From an uncultured Rickettsiales bacterium (GTDB taxonomy: Bacteria > Pseudomonadota > Alphaproteobacteria > Rickettsiales > UBA6187): a stretch of 41,606 nt of DNA. Under the pieces are notes generated by a model. It had not been told where the DNA came from and made no database searches. It saw only the letters and a program-made list of their open reading frames with translations. Shown piece after piece: positions 41,381 through 41,606 of the stretch. The translations under genes and the position numbers were made by a program. Every line of letters starts with the position of its first letter. The first letter of the stretch is position 1. Location: assembly GCA_964616845.1 (NCBI GenBank), contig CAZTUN010000004.1:1-41606 (forward strand), written 5' to 3'.

Positions 41381-41606
41381 TTATAACGTAGCCGTAACAT
41401 CTATATTCTGACCTTTAGCAACAGTAACTATTGCTTTCTTAAGATCTTTTTGTCTGCCTAAAGTACCACGGAATCTCTTAATTTTTCCTTTTCTGTTGAT
41501 AATATTAACTTTATCAACTTTAACAGAAAATAATGCTTCTATTGCTCTTTTAACCTTTGCTTTAGTTGCACAAGGAGAAACATAAAATGTAACTTTATTT
41601 TGTGCT
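41381..41606 (-). CDS. rplW: 50S ribosomal protein L23, C-terminal part (5' end beyond window)
   Basis: This gene is not in the ORF track. My manual minus-strand translation gives ...[71 protein letters not shown], with the stop at 41381-41383. It lies upstream of rplB. Confidence 0.9.
   Translation of the reverse strand, partial: AQNKVTFYVSPCATKAKVKRAIEALFSVKVDKVNIINRKGKIKRFRGTLGRQKDLKKAIVTVAKGQNIDVTATL

Overview
This is a visibly AT-rich bacterial window, and its gene content and order look alphaproteobacterial (Rickettsiales/Holosporales-like). That affiliation is an inference: adk follows secY, the alpha operon lacks rpsD, and no rpmJ or infA lies in the spc-alpha junction. Most of the window is housekeeping. 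It holds a partial gamma-CA-like gene, an orphan prepilin-like gene, mazG and an exbB-exbD-exbD-tonB operon. It also holds class II DAHP synthase divergent from pheA, an NMO-family oxidoreductase, an LpoA-like lipoprotein divergent from rsmI-yraN, and a GldA/F/G-like ABC-2 exporter. Tgt, queA and a cyclophilin follow. A long minus-strand ribosomal S10(part)-spc-alpha cluster (rplW to rplQ, including secY, adk and rpoA) fills 29.2-41.6 kb. The accessory highlight is a complete compact type II-C CRISPR-Cas9 locus at about 6.6-11.8 kb. It comprises cas9 (1089 aa), cas1, cas2, seven identical 36-bp repeats with six 30-bp spacers, and a predicted divergently transcribed tracrRNA with an intrinsic terminator. 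The repeat polarity (GTTG... start), the anti-repeat strand, the terminator and a TGnTATTAT extended -10 box at the 3' end of every repeat all point the same way. Together they indicate that the array is transcribed toward, and so antisense to, the cas operon from repeat-embedded promoters, as in Neisseria and Campylobacter II-C systems. Three other items merit a second look. One is a 626-aa membrane protein with a long poly-proline, eukaryote-like tail. Another is a run of four unrecognisable or poorly characterised genes at 14.4-17.0 kb. The third is a degenerate MCP-like protein. I see no integrase, transposase or prophage content. Beyond the Cas9 locus I cannot demonstrate a new system from sequence alone.
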